Virus record (IMG/VR): IMGVR_UViG_3300025915_000017
Coordinates: 953 to 64,952 of that record
Origin: a virus
Lineage: Duplodnaviria; Caudoviricetes
Length of the DNA stretch: 64,000 bases
Strand: one strand, 5' to 3'
The translations under genes and the position numbers were made by a program. The notes beneath the pieces were generated by a model, which did no database searches, was not told the DNA's origin, and worked only from the letters and a program-made list of their open reading frames with translations. Positions within the stretch are counted from its first letter, which is position 1; every line of letters starts with the position of its first letter. Below, one piece after another: positions 46,983 through 56,880 of the stretch.

Positions 46983-47249
46983 ATGCTGAGTGAGCAACAG
47001 ATCCGAGCCATCATTGAAGCGCAGGGGCTCAATGGATATTTCCGTGAAAACATCAGCAGGCGAGGTGATGGCACGTCTCGCACCTATATCCAGGCATGCA
47101 AGTATGTGCGAGGTCGCGGCAATGTCCATATTGCCCTGGGCCGGATTGAGAATGTTGAGCAAATGAGCCAGGACAAATTGGTGGAGACGATCAAGCAGAA
47201 GTTTGCAGAGAAGTTGAACGCGAAGGTAGAGGCGGCACAAAAGAAATAG
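46983..47249 (+). CDS. Hypothetical protein
   Basis: Likely start MLSEQQ; followed by a hairpin. Confidence 0.5.
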   Translation: MLSEQQIRAIIEAQGLNGYFRENISRRGDGTSRTYIQACKYVRGRGNVHIALGRIENVEQMSQDKLVETIKQKFAEKLNAKVEAAQKK

Positions 47250-47414
47250 GGCCAGCTAAAAACAGCAGCTGCGTCAATCTCCCCACTGACGCAGCAACTA
47301 TTTCACACCACACAGGTGTTTCCACATCACATGGAATATAACACGGGACACCAACAAATTCGGGGATTTTACACAGGAAGTCATCAATATTGGCTATTAA
47401 GAGGTTAAGAAGAA

Positions 47415-47783
47415 ATGGACGAACAAGCGCCAGAGCAATCCAAACCCCTGCACTTCGACACAGCTCTTTTTGCCATTCGCGCCAAAACCAAACGTGGCAG
47501 CAAGGGACTGCGCGAAGCTGCACGCGAGATCGATGGTGTCAGTGCCTCCACGCTTTCACGTATTGAGAGCGAGCACACCGTTGACTTGCGAACCGTTGGC
47601 AAGGTTTGTCAGTGGCTTGGCATGTCTCCAGATGATTTCTTTTCCATGGAAGCAACACGGCAGCCAGAACCACTGACAGCCTATCAGCGCATTGAGTTTA
47701 TTCTGCGCTCGGAGACACAACTTGAAGAATCTGAAATCAATTCGATTATCACATTGATTATCGCGCTGGATTGCTGCGAATAG
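47415..47783 (+). CDS. XRE-family HTH regulator
   Basis: KGLREAAREIDGVSASTLSRIESEHTVDLRTVGKVCQWL. Confidence 0.85.
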   Translation: MDEQAPEQSKPLHFDTALFAIRAKTKRGSKGLREAAREIDGVSASTLSRIESEHTVDLRTVGKVCQWLGMSPDDFFSMEATRQPEPLTAYQRIEFILRSETQLEESEINSIITLIIALDCCE

Positions 47784-47904
47784 CATGCGAACGAGCTTTC
47801 AGGTTTGTATGGCACTACAGACAGTCACGCTTGAGGCTGGTAGCAATCGGCGTGGTGCTTATTGGAAAATATCAATTACCACTATTTTTGGAAGGTAGCA
47901 GCGA

Positions 47905-48240
47905 ATGAAACAATCCATTGAACAATCACAATTTGATGAGCTATCAGAGCAAGCCCGGATGCAATACATCACCTGGGCCGTTACCAATAGCCACAAAACA
48001 GGGGATTATACCGACGCACATCGCTCCATCGGTCATCTTATCCAGTTCATTGACGAGCACGGCGACAACTGGCGTGGCTTCGAGATCCAACGTGATATGA
48101 CAGAAGACGATGAAGGAATACTCGTCAAAGAAGCCTGGTCTGTTGATGTCTCCTACGGCAAATACACCACACAAGCGAATAAACTCGTCGATGCACTCTG
48201 GGAAGCCGTGAAACTGATACTGGAGGGCAATGAGCAATAA
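47905..48240 (+). CDS. Hypothetical phage protein
   Basis: RBS ggaagg; ends ANKLVDALWEAVK. Confidence 0.6.
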   Translation: MKQSIEQSQFDELSEQARMQYITWAVTNSHKTGDYTDAHRSIGHLIQFIDEHGDNWRGFEIQRDMTEDDEGILVKEAWSVDVSYGKYTTQANKLVDALWEAVKLILEGNEQ

Positions 48241-48491
48241 TGGATATACACAACGAAGTCGATCACATCCTGGCCAGCCTCTCGCAGCCACCACAACTGC
48301 GCTTCGAGTTTCACCAGAACGGCTGCACCATTGTCCTGGCCAACACCAGTGGTGAGCACAAGTACGAGATGTCCCTCTACCAACTGCTGACGTTGGAATA
48401 CCATTTCCGGGTCCAGGGCGAGGAGCATTTCTTGTTCCAGTGTATGCAGGCCGGGACCATCGCGTATTTCACCGAGGAGCCACAATCATGA
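48240..48491 (+). CDS. Hypothetical protein
   Basis: Coupled operon. Confidence 0.55.
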   Translation: MDIHNEVDHILASLSQPPQLRFEFHQNGCTIVLANTSGEHKYEMSLYQLLTLEYHFRVQGEEHFLFQCMQAGTIAYFTEEPQS

Positions 48492-48880
48492 ACATCCCAA
48501 AATGTAAAGCCTGGGACCAAACAAACAAAGAATGGCTCACCTATGGCTTCTGTCTACGTTTCGATGCCGATGGCAATTGTGAAGTGCTCAACGCCTTCGC
48601 ACAACCATTTACTGATCGCGTGGTGGTCCCGGTGTTCGGCACTGGCCAACAAGACTGCACAGGCAAAGACATCTACGAGGGTGATATTCTCAAAATAGAA
48701 GATGCTACAGCAAAAGTCGTATTCTGGGAGAGACCACCTGAATTTGGATTAGATTTCTACCACAACGAGGACAAGTGGTGCGAGGATTGGAACCTGACCG
48801 ATGATAGCGAGCGCATGGAGATCATCGGCAATATCTACGAAAACAGCGATTTGTTACCACAGGAGCCACAATCATGAACA
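48475..48880 (+). repeat. 20-bp direct repeats flanking the YopX gene
   Basis: AGGAGCCACAATCATGAACA at 48475-48494 and 48861-48880. Confidence 0.9.
48488..48877 (+). CDS. YopX-family protein
   Basis: KCKAWD, GTGQQDCTGKDIYEGDIL, MEIIGNIYENSDLL. Confidence 0.9.
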   Translation: MNIPKCKAWDQTNKEWLTYGFCLRFDADGNCEVLNAFAQPFTDRVVVPVFGTGQQDCTGKDIYEGDILKIEDATAKVVFWERPPEFGLDFYHNEDKWCEDWNLTDDSERMEIIGNIYENSDLLPQEPQS

Positions 48881-49116
48881 CCTTGATTATTTACACGCAA
48901 CACCCTCGCGCTGTTCAGGCTCTGCTCCAATCGCACGAGCTAGTAGACAGCCTGCCCACCATCATCTCGCTGCTCGATTCTGTGGCGGATCGCATGGAGT
49001 ACCACTATCCCGACGACTTACCAAGCCAGGCACTCACGTTCTGGTTTGCACTGGCGCAGGGCTGCGGATTGATTAGCGAGGAACCACAACTTATCCACCA
49101 GGAGTCGCAACAATGA
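48874..49116 (+). CDS. Hypothetical protein
   Basis: ATGA overlap. Confidence 0.55.
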   Translation: MNTLIIYTQHPRAVQALLQSHELVDSLPTIISLLDSVADRMEYHYPDDLPSQALTFWFALAQGCGLISEEPQLIHQESQQ

Positions 49117-49379
49117 GCAAAATCAAAATCACAGAACGCCGTATTGTCACCTGGGACTGCACACAATGCGGAGCAAATATCGGCATAGTTGAAACAAAAA
49201 ACAAAGACAATGTCTGCCGTACAAGTGTGAAAGTCATTTGCACTGATTGCGACACAGAATACTGCCTGCACTGGGGATTTAACGGTTTCGAGACGTGGGT
49301 GGAAGAGTGGGAAACCTATGCACTGCGTCATTCAAAACACGATGAGATGAGAAGCAAGGGCAAGCAATCATTTGAATAA
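49113..49379 (+). CDS. Zn-ribbon protein
   Basis: CTQC and CTDC. Confidence 0.6.
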   Translation: MSKIKITERRIVTWDCTQCGANIGIVETKNKDNVCRTSVKVICTDCDTEYCLHWGFNGFETWVEEWETYALRHSKHDEMRSKGKQSFE

Positions 49380-49518
49380 CAGGGAAGTGGAACTATGGCT
49401 ATTTATTTTATTTCGCATAATAACGGATGTAACGAGTATAACGGCAATACGCGAATAGTCCTTGATAATCAGGGGGCATATGTTACAATACTAGTAGGTC
49501 TAAATTGGGAGGGCAACA

Positions 49519-49716
49519 ATGCTAGTTATGGACGAATTACTCACACCAGAAGACGTGGCACGCATTCTCAGAATGAGCGAGGATACTGTCAGACTAAAAC
49601 TCAAGACGGGAGAAATCAAGGGCTTCAAGCTGGGTCATGGCTCAAGAAGTCACTGGAAGATCAAGCGCGAAGAATTGAAACGCTATATCGACGAGATGGA
49701 ATCTCAGCAAAATTAA
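49519..49716 (+). CDS. Excisionase-like HTH protein
   Basis: LLTPEDVARILRMSEDTVRLKLKTGEIKGFKLG. Confidence 0.85.
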   Translation: MLVMDELLTPEDVARILRMSEDTVRLKLKTGEIKGFKLGHGSRSHWKIKREELKRYIDEMESQQN

Positions 49717-49743
49717 AAGCCGCCTTTAGTCGGCGGCTTTTAA
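49713..49743. terminator. Terminator hairpin
   Basis: ttaaaagccgcc / ggcggcttttaa IR. Confidence 0.65.
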
Positions 49744-49906
49744 CAAAGCTTGAAGTAGTTCACACAATGTCTAAGGTTTTCCAGACAGTAGACACTGTGC
49801 TAGATTCGCGCTACCTCTATGCCTATTATAACTGGACACCCAGCAAGATTACAAGTCTTGTGCAATGTCTGGTTGATAGGTACGGGTGGCGGTTGGAGGG
49901 AATATC

Positions 49907-50881
49907 ATGAGTGAGAGACCCCCTATCAATACTATTGTACACGGAGACACGCTATCCGTTTTACGAACACTTCCCGATAACTATATCCAGTGTTGCGTTT
50001 CAAGTCCTCCCTACTTTGGTTTGCGGAGTTATCTACCTGATGGGCACCCTGATAAACATTTAGAAATTGGCTTGGAAGAGACACCAACAGAGTACATCGA
50101 GAAACTGGTACAGGTGTTTCGTGAAGTTCGCCGGGTACTCAAGAATAATGGGGTATGTTGGCTGAACCTTGGGGACTGTTATGCTGGAAGTGGCAAGGGT
50201 GGGGGTGGAAGTTATGCCCTCGATAAAATGACCTATGCAGAAGGTTTGGCTGTACCGCTCACAAGCGGCTTCAAATCCAAAGACCTTATGATGATCCCCG
50301 CACGTGTTGCCATAGCCCTCTGTGCCGATGGCTGGTATCTCCGTCAGGACTGCATCTGGAACAAAACCAATGCCATGCCAGAGTCAGTTACGGATCGCCC
50401 AACTACAGCCCACGAACATATCTTCTTGCTTGCCAAGAATGAACGATACTTCTATGATGCAGACGCAATAGCAGAAATAGCACTACAAAAAAGAGGAATC
50501 CCCAGAGCAACCCCACAACATAAGAGGGCGCATTTACAAAGCTTAAAAACAAGCACATTGGGAACCCATCAAGGATATGAACAAAAAAATGCCCGTTCCG
50601 TTTGGATGGTGCCAACCCAAGCATTCTCAGAAGCCCACTTTGCAGTAATGCCACCCAAATTAGTTGAACCATGTATTCTTGCAGGTTCACGTCCAGGTGA
50701 TATTGTGCTTGATCCTTTCATGGGCAGCGGCACTGTGGCCATGGTTGCCCTCCAACACAATCGCAATTATCTCGGCATCGAACTCAATTCTGATTATATA
50801 GCCCTGGCGCAGAAGCGCATTGCAGTAATACAACCCAATCTCTGGTCAGCAAATATGGAAAGTGACGGCGGTGCAGCATGA
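49907..50881 (+). CDS. DNA N4-cytosine/N6-adenine methyltransferase (beta class)
   Basis: SSPPY motif IV before DPFMGSGT motif I. Confidence 0.9.
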   Translation: MSERPPINTIVHGDTLSVLRTLPDNYIQCCVSSPPYFGLRSYLPDGHPDKHLEIGLEETPTEYIEKLVQVFREVRRVLKNNGVCWLNLGDCYAGSGKGGGGSYALDKMTYAEGLAVPLTSGFKSKDLMMIPARVAIALCADGWYLRQDCIWNKTNAMPESVTDRPTTAHEHIFLLAKNERYFYDADAIAEIALQKRGIPRATPQHKRAHLQSLKTSTLGTHQGYEQKNARSVWMVPTQAFSEAHFAVMPPKLVEPCILAGSRPGDIVLDPFMGSGTVAMVALQHNRNYLGIELNSDYIALAQKRIAVIQPNLWSANMESDGGAA

Positions 50882-52536
50882 GCAAACTAAGAGATTTTTC
50901 ACAACTTCCAAATATTCTTTTCGATATGGATCTTTTATCTGAAGATTCCTATTTAGTTGGTTTCTTACGCTTCTGGCGTCATTATGCCACCCGCAAAGAA
51001 AACTTTCGTGGTTCCTATCGAAAATTAGCCAACCTTATCCGTATGCCCAAATCCTGTGTCGCCCGAATGGTCCCTGAGTGGGAAAGGGCAGGATTTGTTA
51101 CTAAGGAGACAAAAACAAAAGAAGGTGAGAACCGAGAAGAAATGGTTCTTACTATCAATGTTGAGGCTTTTTGGGAGTTCAATTATGCATACTATCCAGA
51201 GCGTCCCAAATTGGGACAGCAAAATATCATTGTTTCCTCAAATATTCCATCAGAAAATAACAATGTCCCAAATTGGGACAGTAACGTCCCACCACGGGAC
51301 AACGGCGTACCAGATTGGGACAAAAGTGTCCCACGCGCAAGCACAAACTCGGACGTAATACTAGGTAATACTACTGTAATATCTGGTAATACTGAGGTTA
51401 CGAATTCGCGTGTGTCTATCGACAACGCGGCCCTCTCACAACTGCAAAATGAAAATGCATTACTCAAAGCACAAATCGCTCAACTCTTACAAGTAACAGA
51501 TCCTCCAAAGGGGAGTGCATACCCCACTACAGCCGGGAGAAATGCCAGTAACCAAGGCATAGCCTATCGCCAACATCTCGAACATTCATTTATTCGCCTA
51601 GACAATCTTGAACAGCCAACAGTGATGATTGTCACGTTGACTCCTGCTTTCCCTCATCCCTTTTACAGCGAGATGGAAGATAAACGTCGTGAGCGTGTTG
51701 CTGCCTGGGAAGTTCTGCCAACCTACAAGAAACAGGGCCTCGAGGTTGAAGTGCGATGGGAGCATGAAGTGGAGCGGCAGACCGTCGATGCTGCCACCAC
51801 TGCTATTGTCGAGAGTACGGCTGTCGTCGGGGGAAACACTCAATCGACACCCACCGATCACAATGCCACACAAAGCCCTACCATCGACGAAAAACAGGGC
51901 CTTACTCAAGAAAGTGCTGTCGTTGCCCATCAAAAAAATGTAACGCCAGAATCGCCGTTACAGCCTCAAGAAACACCATCGAGCACACAAGCCGTCAAGG
52001 ACTTGTCGAATCAAGCAACTGAGCAGGAACAGCAAGCAAGTGGTAATTCTTATAGCCCGCCGATGGCTACAAAAAAACCGAGCAAGTCTACAGGTAGCAA
52101 GGGAAAAGGCAAGCAGACAGAGATTAACGAGGTCATGCAAAAGCGTGTAGAGAAGGTTTATGAGTACTTTGACAAGCTCAAACAAGAGGTCATGCAAAAG
52201 CCTGATGCACGCTATCGCAGAACTGGCACCGATACAGATGCCATCATTGCCTGGTTAGATACCCATCCAACAGAAGAGATACTGCGCGAGGTTTACCTGC
52301 GTTTGTGGAATACGCCAGTTGATAAACGGACTAACTTCTCATGGAAGAAAAACATGTGGATACATTCAGTGCTCAAGCAGTATGAAACGATGGAAATGGA
52401 CATTGTTGATGAGAGGAACAAGCAAGCGAAAAGGAATGTCGTACCTGCAGGTGTAAAGAGTACCTTTGTGCCACCAGTCGAAGAAGAGGATGATGTGGTG
52501 TTTGTTCGCCCATCTGAGTTGAGAAAGCGAGGCTAA
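50878..52536 (+). CDS. Replication initiator (winged-helix N-terminus)
   Basis: GSYRKLANLIRMPKSCVARMVPEWERAGFV HTH, internal iterons, directly upstream of DnaB. Confidence 0.7.
   Translation: MSKLRDFSQLPNILFDMDLLSEDSYLVGFLRFWRHYATRKENFRGSYRKLANLIRMPKSCVARMVPEWERAGFVTKETKTKEGENREEMVLTINVEAFWEFNYAYYPERPKLGQQNIIVSSNIPSENNNVPNWDSNVPPRDNGVPDWDKSVPRASTNSDVILGNTTVISGNTEVTNSRVSIDNAALSQLQNENALLKAQIAQLLQVTDPPKGSAYPTTAGRNASNQGIAYRQHLEHSFIRLDNLEQPTVMIVTLTPAFPHPFYSEMEDKRRERVAAWEVLPTYKKQGLEVEVRWEHEVERQTVDAATTAIVESTAVVGGNTQSTPTDHNATQSPTIDEKQGLTQESAVVAHQKNVTPESPLQPQETPSSTQAVKDLSNQATEQEQQASGNSYSPPMATKKPSKSTGSKGKGKQTEINEVMQKRVEKVYEYFDKLKQEVMQKPDARYRRTGTDTDAIIAWLDTHPTEEILREVYLRLWNTPVDKRTNFSWKKNMWIHSVLKQYETMEMDIVDERNKQAKRNVVPAGVKSTFVPPVEEEDDVVFVRPSELRKRG
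51203..51340. repeat. Iteron-like palindromic repeats (putative origin)
   Basis: GTCCCAAATTGGGAC at 51203 and 51265; variants at 51286, 51307 and 51328 with a 21-bp period. Confidence 0.75.
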
Positions 52537-52538
52537 TC

Positions 52539-53891
52539 ATGGAGAAGCAGTTACCTCAGAACATTGAAGCGGAACGCGGTGTACTCGGTAGTATCATTAT
52601 CGATCCAGAAGCACTGGAACAAGTGGTGCCATTTCTCAAGGTCGAAGACTTCTACCGGGATGCACACAGATCGATTTATGATGTCATCCTGCGCTTATAC
52701 CAACAGCGTGAGCCAGCAGACTTTATCACCATTTGTGATGACCTGGAACGCAATAATAAGTTAGAGCAAGTTGGCGGGGCCTCTTACATTACCTCATTGA
52801 TTGATCGAGTCCCAACATCGGGCAATGTCGAATACTATGGGCGCATTGTTGAGCGGACTGCCATCTATCGCCGCCTAGTGCATGCCGCTGGTGAGATTGC
52901 GGCTCGTGCTTATAGTGAGGATGAAGAGGCTGTAGCGTACGCTGGACAACTTATCTTTCAGATTGGACAGGGACGCACTGGCAACCCGATTAGCAGCCAT
53001 GTAGATGCCCTGCAACGCTATTGGACGCAGTTAGAGGCCTTACATGAGCAATATAGCAAGGGCACGCTGACAGGGGTTCCCACTGGTTATAAGTTGCTCA
53101 ATACACTCCTGGGTGGTTTTCGATCTTCCAAATTGTATATTCTCGCAGCCAGGCCTGGAGAGGGCAAAACCGCGTTAGCTTTGAATTTTGCGTATGAAGC
53201 CGTGAAAAAAGGTTGTCAAATTCTCTTCTTCTCGATTGAGATGGATGAAGGCGAATTGATGCAACGCCTGGTGGCCATCGAGTCGAAAGTGGATGCGATG
53301 CACTTACGAGATGCTAAATTTGAAGATCCTGAAGAGTGGGAGCTAGTTATCAATGGCATGTCCCGACTACAGGCAACGTCAGGCAAATTGTGGACAGATG
53401 ATACTCCCGCCAATGATATCCAATCAATGCGAGCAAAAGCGCGTGCAGCACAAGCGGAACATGGCCTTGATATGATTATCGTGGACTATCTCCAGCTGGC
53501 GAAGGTGGCAGGTGGTGCATCTGATGGCAAATCTGATAGGAGACTGGAAGTTGAGCGCGTTAGCCGGGAGCTAAAAGAGATGGCCCGTGAATTAAAGATA
53601 CCTGTGTTGGCGCTGGCACAATTGAACCGGGATGTTGAGAGTAGGGCTAACCGTATGCCTCAATTGTCTGATTTACGTGAGGCTGGGGGCATCGAGCAGG
53701 ACTGTGATGTAGCCATGTTTATCTATCGTGATCCTGCAGTGCCGAAAGAAGCCTCAGAATATGACATTTCGCTACTTATCGAGAAACATAGAGGTGGACC
53801 AAAGGGCAATGTCAATCTTCACTTTGTAGGTGCTCATACACGTTTCTATCCTCAAGAGGCACAACTACGTATAGTGCATGAGGATGATTAA
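52539..53891 (+). CDS. dnaB: Replicative DNA helicase
   Basis: LPQNIEAERGVLG, Walker A ARPGEGKT, IIVDYLQL, LAQLNR, LSDLREAGGIEQD. Confidence 0.95.
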   Translation: MEKQLPQNIEAERGVLGSIIIDPEALEQVVPFLKVEDFYRDAHRSIYDVILRLYQQREPADFITICDDLERNNKLEQVGGASYITSLIDRVPTSGNVEYYGRIVERTAIYRRLVHAAGEIAARAYSEDEEAVAYAGQLIFQIGQGRTGNPISSHVDALQRYWTQLEALHEQYSKGTLTGVPTGYKLLNTLLGGFRSSKLYILAARPGEGKTALALNFAYEAVKKGCQILFFSIEMDEGELMQRLVAIESKVDAMHLRDAKFEDPEEWELVINGMSRLQATSGKLWTDDTPANDIQSMRAKARAAQAEHGLDMIIVDYLQLAKVAGGASDGKSDRRLEVERVSRELKEMARELKIPVLALAQLNRDVESRANRMPQLSDLREAGGIEQDCDVAMFIYRDPAVPKEASEYDISLLIEKHRGGPKGNVNLHFVGAHTRFYPQEAQLRIVHEDD

Positions 53892-54114
53892 TTATGAGCG
53901 GACCACAGGAGGTGCAACAATGTGGGATAGAGATATACCAAAATGGTTACAGAACATGAATTACGTATGTCTTTACGTAGTGACGACAAGCGAGAAAAAG
54001 AAGTGCGGACCCGGCCGCGAGAAATGGCAGCAAGATCTGGACAAGTTGACTGGTGAGCAGCGTGTAGCCTTGGAAGAGCGAATCGAGCGATGGGAAAGAA
54101 GGATAGCATCATGA
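53878..54114 (+). CDS. Hypothetical protein
   Basis: Overlap-coupled. Confidence 0.5.
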   Translation: MRMINYERTTGGATMWDRDIPKWLQNMNYVCLYVVTTSEKKKCGPGREKWQQDLDKLTGEQRVALEERIERWERRIAS

Positions 54115-54989
54115 CGCAGGTTCTACGGTCCCCGGTTAAGTGGATGGGCGGGAAATCAGCATCAGCCAGCCTGATAGTTGATGCTTTCCCGCTACCATCC
54201 ACCTACGACTTGTATGTTGAGCCGTTTGGCGGGGCTGCCCATGTCCTGATGGCAAAATCAGTCACTTGCAGGGAGGTCTTCAACGATCTGGATGATTTGC
54301 TCATCAACTTCTGGCAAGAAGTGCAGCGTAACGGGAAGGAGGTACAACAGCGTCTAGAGGCATTGCCGTATGCTCGTAAGTTCTATTACGATTACTGGCA
54401 TTCACTTTATGGTTCCAAGACCAAAAAGATTGCGCCAGATACCACACTCTCATCCACGGAGAAGGCTGTACGCTGGCTGTATATCCTGCGTAGCAATATG
54501 ACTGGCTTCATGCGCAATTCGCCACCATCATGGACATACATGAATGCCAGTATCCTCAAGAATGCCGCTGAACTGATCAGAGAGGTACAGGAACGCATCA
54601 AGTATGTGGCTATCGATAACCGGGACGCTATCGAGACGATCAAACGCTATGAGAAAATCCCTGGCAAGAAGCTCTTTTACGTGGACCCGCCTTACTTTGG
54701 CGCTGAGTGGTACTATCCAGCGAGTCGTGATGGCTTTGACCATGAGGGGCTCGCGCAAGCCTTGAATGCCCTTTCATCAGAGACATCGATGGTTGCACTC
54801 TCGTATTATCCTCATCCAGCAATCGATGCGCTTTATCCTGCTGAGAAGTGGAGGCGCATCACCTGGCAACAGCATAAGCCGAGTAATGTCTCAGTGAATA
54901 GCACAAATTTGGACATGGCTACTGAGATGTTGCTGTGCAATTATCCTGAGCCAGCAAGGTCATTGTGGGACATGGAGGCAGCATCATGA
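54111..54989 (+). CDS. DNA adenine methyltransferase (D12/Dam family, alpha class)
   Basis: KWMGGK, YVEPFGGAA, FNDLD and FYVDPPY. Confidence 0.92.
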   Translation: MTQVLRSPVKWMGGKSASASLIVDAFPLPSTYDLYVEPFGGAAHVLMAKSVTCREVFNDLDDLLINFWQEVQRNGKEVQQRLEALPYARKFYYDYWHSLYGSKTKKIAPDTTLSSTEKAVRWLYILRSNMTGFMRNSPPSWTYMNASILKNAAELIREVQERIKYVAIDNRDAIETIKRYEKIPGKKLFYVDPPYFGAEWYYPASRDGFDHEGLAQALNALSSETSMVALSYYPHPAIDALYPAEKWRRITWQQHKPSNVSVNSTNLDMATEMLLCNYPEPARSLWDMEAAS

Positions 54990-55204
54990 CATTCAAACAC
55001 GGCGACCCGGTCCGCAACACCAACGAACGCAGCATCCACTACGGCGTATCTGGCCTGTTCCAGCGAGTGCATAACAAGTGGACGTTCCCGACTGGACTGG
55101 CGTGCGATGTGAAGGTCGTTGGTGGGTATGGTCCGTATGGGTGCGAGGATGTCATTATGAGCGTTGCGGATCTGGAGCCAGCAGCAGAAAGTGAGGCGTC
55201 ATAA
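54986..55204 (+). CDS. Hypothetical protein
   Basis: MTFKHGDPVR start with ATGA overlap. Confidence 0.55.
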   Translation: MTFKHGDPVRNTNERSIHYGVSGLFQRVHNKWTFPTGLACDVKVVGGYGPYGCEDVIMSVADLEPAAESEAS

Positions 55205-55464
55205 TGCCAACTACGCGCAGGCCCACCCTCATGCAACGACTCACGACGATTTGCAACGCGCATGGTTGGCAGTGTGGCCGGGTCCGTGTGCTCAGTGATG
55301 CGCCACAATCGCCACAGAACACGGCGCAAACGTGTGCGAGGATGAATGCTATAGCAGTGTGGCGTGGCGCGAGAGTAGAGTACCTGGGGATGATTGCGGA
55401 GGTGCAGAAGTGGAGTGATGAGCAGATAGAAAAGAGATTGGATGAACTGGAGGCGCAGGCATGA
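55204..55464 (+). CDS. Hypothetical protein
   Basis: Coupled operon. Confidence 0.55.
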   Translation: MPTTRRPTLMQRLTTICNAHGWQCGRVRVLSDAPQSPQNTAQTCARMNAIAVWRGARVEYLGMIAEVQKWSDEQIEKRLDELEAQA

Positions 55465-55805
55465 GAAAACCATTACACATCCCGTCAAATGGGCAAGAAA
55501 TGGTCCTGGAAGGTTTCGACGTGCCATCATCGGTAAGTCAAGACAACACGTCGAGAATCGCACCACAATCACAACCGAAGCTATCCGTTGTCTATGGTGT
55601 CTGTTGCAAATGTGGTGATCGACCTGCCGTGTTAAAATCTCCATCAGGCAATCCAGGGAATATCTATTGTGAGAAGTGTGGGCGTAGTCGATGCGGGGTG
55701 CATACAATTGCGGATTTTGAACTGGATGAGAGTACTGGACTCTGGCTGGATCCGCATTGTATCAAGCGCGTTTGGAAACAACAGAATTTGGCTGAAGAGA
55801 AGTAG
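55461..55805 (+). CDS. Cys-rich Zn-binding protein
   Basis: CCKC and CEKC...C. Confidence 0.55.
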   Translation: MRKPLHIPSNGQEMVLEGFDVPSSVSQDNTSRIAPQSQPKLSVVYGVCCKCGDRPAVLKSPSGNPGNIYCEKCGRSRCGVHTIADFELDESTGLWLDPHCIKRVWKQQNLAEEK

Positions 55806-56468
55806 AGAGCTTTGTAGAAGAATAATCACTTCTTGTTTGAAGTACGAGCCAGGACCACAGAGGCCAGGGCGACCAGGACAATCCAGCAAATCACGAATAT
55901 CTGCATTCGGTATTCTCACTACTATAGACGCTTTACACACTCCAAAATCAAAAAAACACGCTGACGAGGATCATTTTCTACTTGGTAAAGCATTGTAACA
56001 ATGGATAAGTGGCATGAGTCAGCGTGCAGAGCTATTGTAACAGAAAGGGTGTAGCACGCCAACGTGGTTAGAAGTTCTTGCAACTTTGGTTTTGTCCGAT
56101 ATTGTTTAGCTATATTAAACAACGAAAATGTTGGCGTGCGTGTGTCAGTATATCGCAATATGTCGCTTGGCGATAGGGCTTCCCCGTTAAAAATGTATTA
56201 AATTATGTCAATCTATACTATTATGCTTGTATGGTTGCCAAAGTATAGCTAAACATTTCGATTGATGCTATCATGAGGGAAGAGATAATTCTCTGTGAAA
56301 GTAAATCTGACCTCACTGCAGGAGCCCTGGTTATCCGAGCCAGGGCTCTTTGCCGTTTCGGATGATTGGTTATCTGAACGCTTGTTCGTTGACACACCTA
56401 TACTCTACAACTACACTTCTAGCACATACATCCCTCATCCACTATTTTCACTCAAGAAAGGACTTATC

Positions 56469-56876
56469 ATGCGTCACTCTTTGCGCCAGCGGATCTGGAA
56501 TTCCAACCTGACTGGCTTCTTTATCATCGGTGGCATCCTTCTCTTCATGCTCTGCGCGTGTAGTAGCTCGCTCTACAGTCGGCAACTGGGCCTCTTCTTC
56601 CGCAGCCTTGCACCATCATGCTCCATTGGCGTAGACACGGCCACCGTGACAGTACAAGCCTGGTCCGCGAATCGTGATTGCCAGGAGATGCTATCAGGAC
56701 ACGGCAATTTCACGGAGATCGACTGGACACGATACGAGGCGGACCAGGTGAGCGCACCAAATATGACTGGAGCAGTGGTGTGCGAGATGGATATCGCTGG
56801 CAGGCACGTCACGATACGGGATAGCCCTGCGTCGAATGCGGGTGCTGACCTGTGCTATCTTTTGCGGCATGCGTGA
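56469..56876 (+). CDS. Membrane-anchored or lipoprotein-like Cys-containing accessory protein
   Basis: RBS aaagga before MRHSL; TM FFIIGGILLFMLCAC. Confidence 0.55.
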   Translation: MRHSLRQRIWNSNLTGFFIIGGILLFMLCACSSSLYSRQLGLFFRSLAPSCSIGVDTATVTVQAWSANRDCQEMLSGHGNFTEIDWTRYEADQVSAPNMTGAVVCEMDIAGRHVTIRDSPASNAGADLCYLLRHA

Positions 56877-56880
56877 TGTG

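Noticed and set aside
49395-49910. 171-aa ORF
   Set aside because: Overlaps the clearly recognisable HTH gene 49519-49716 in another frame; only its 3' end might be a small real gene
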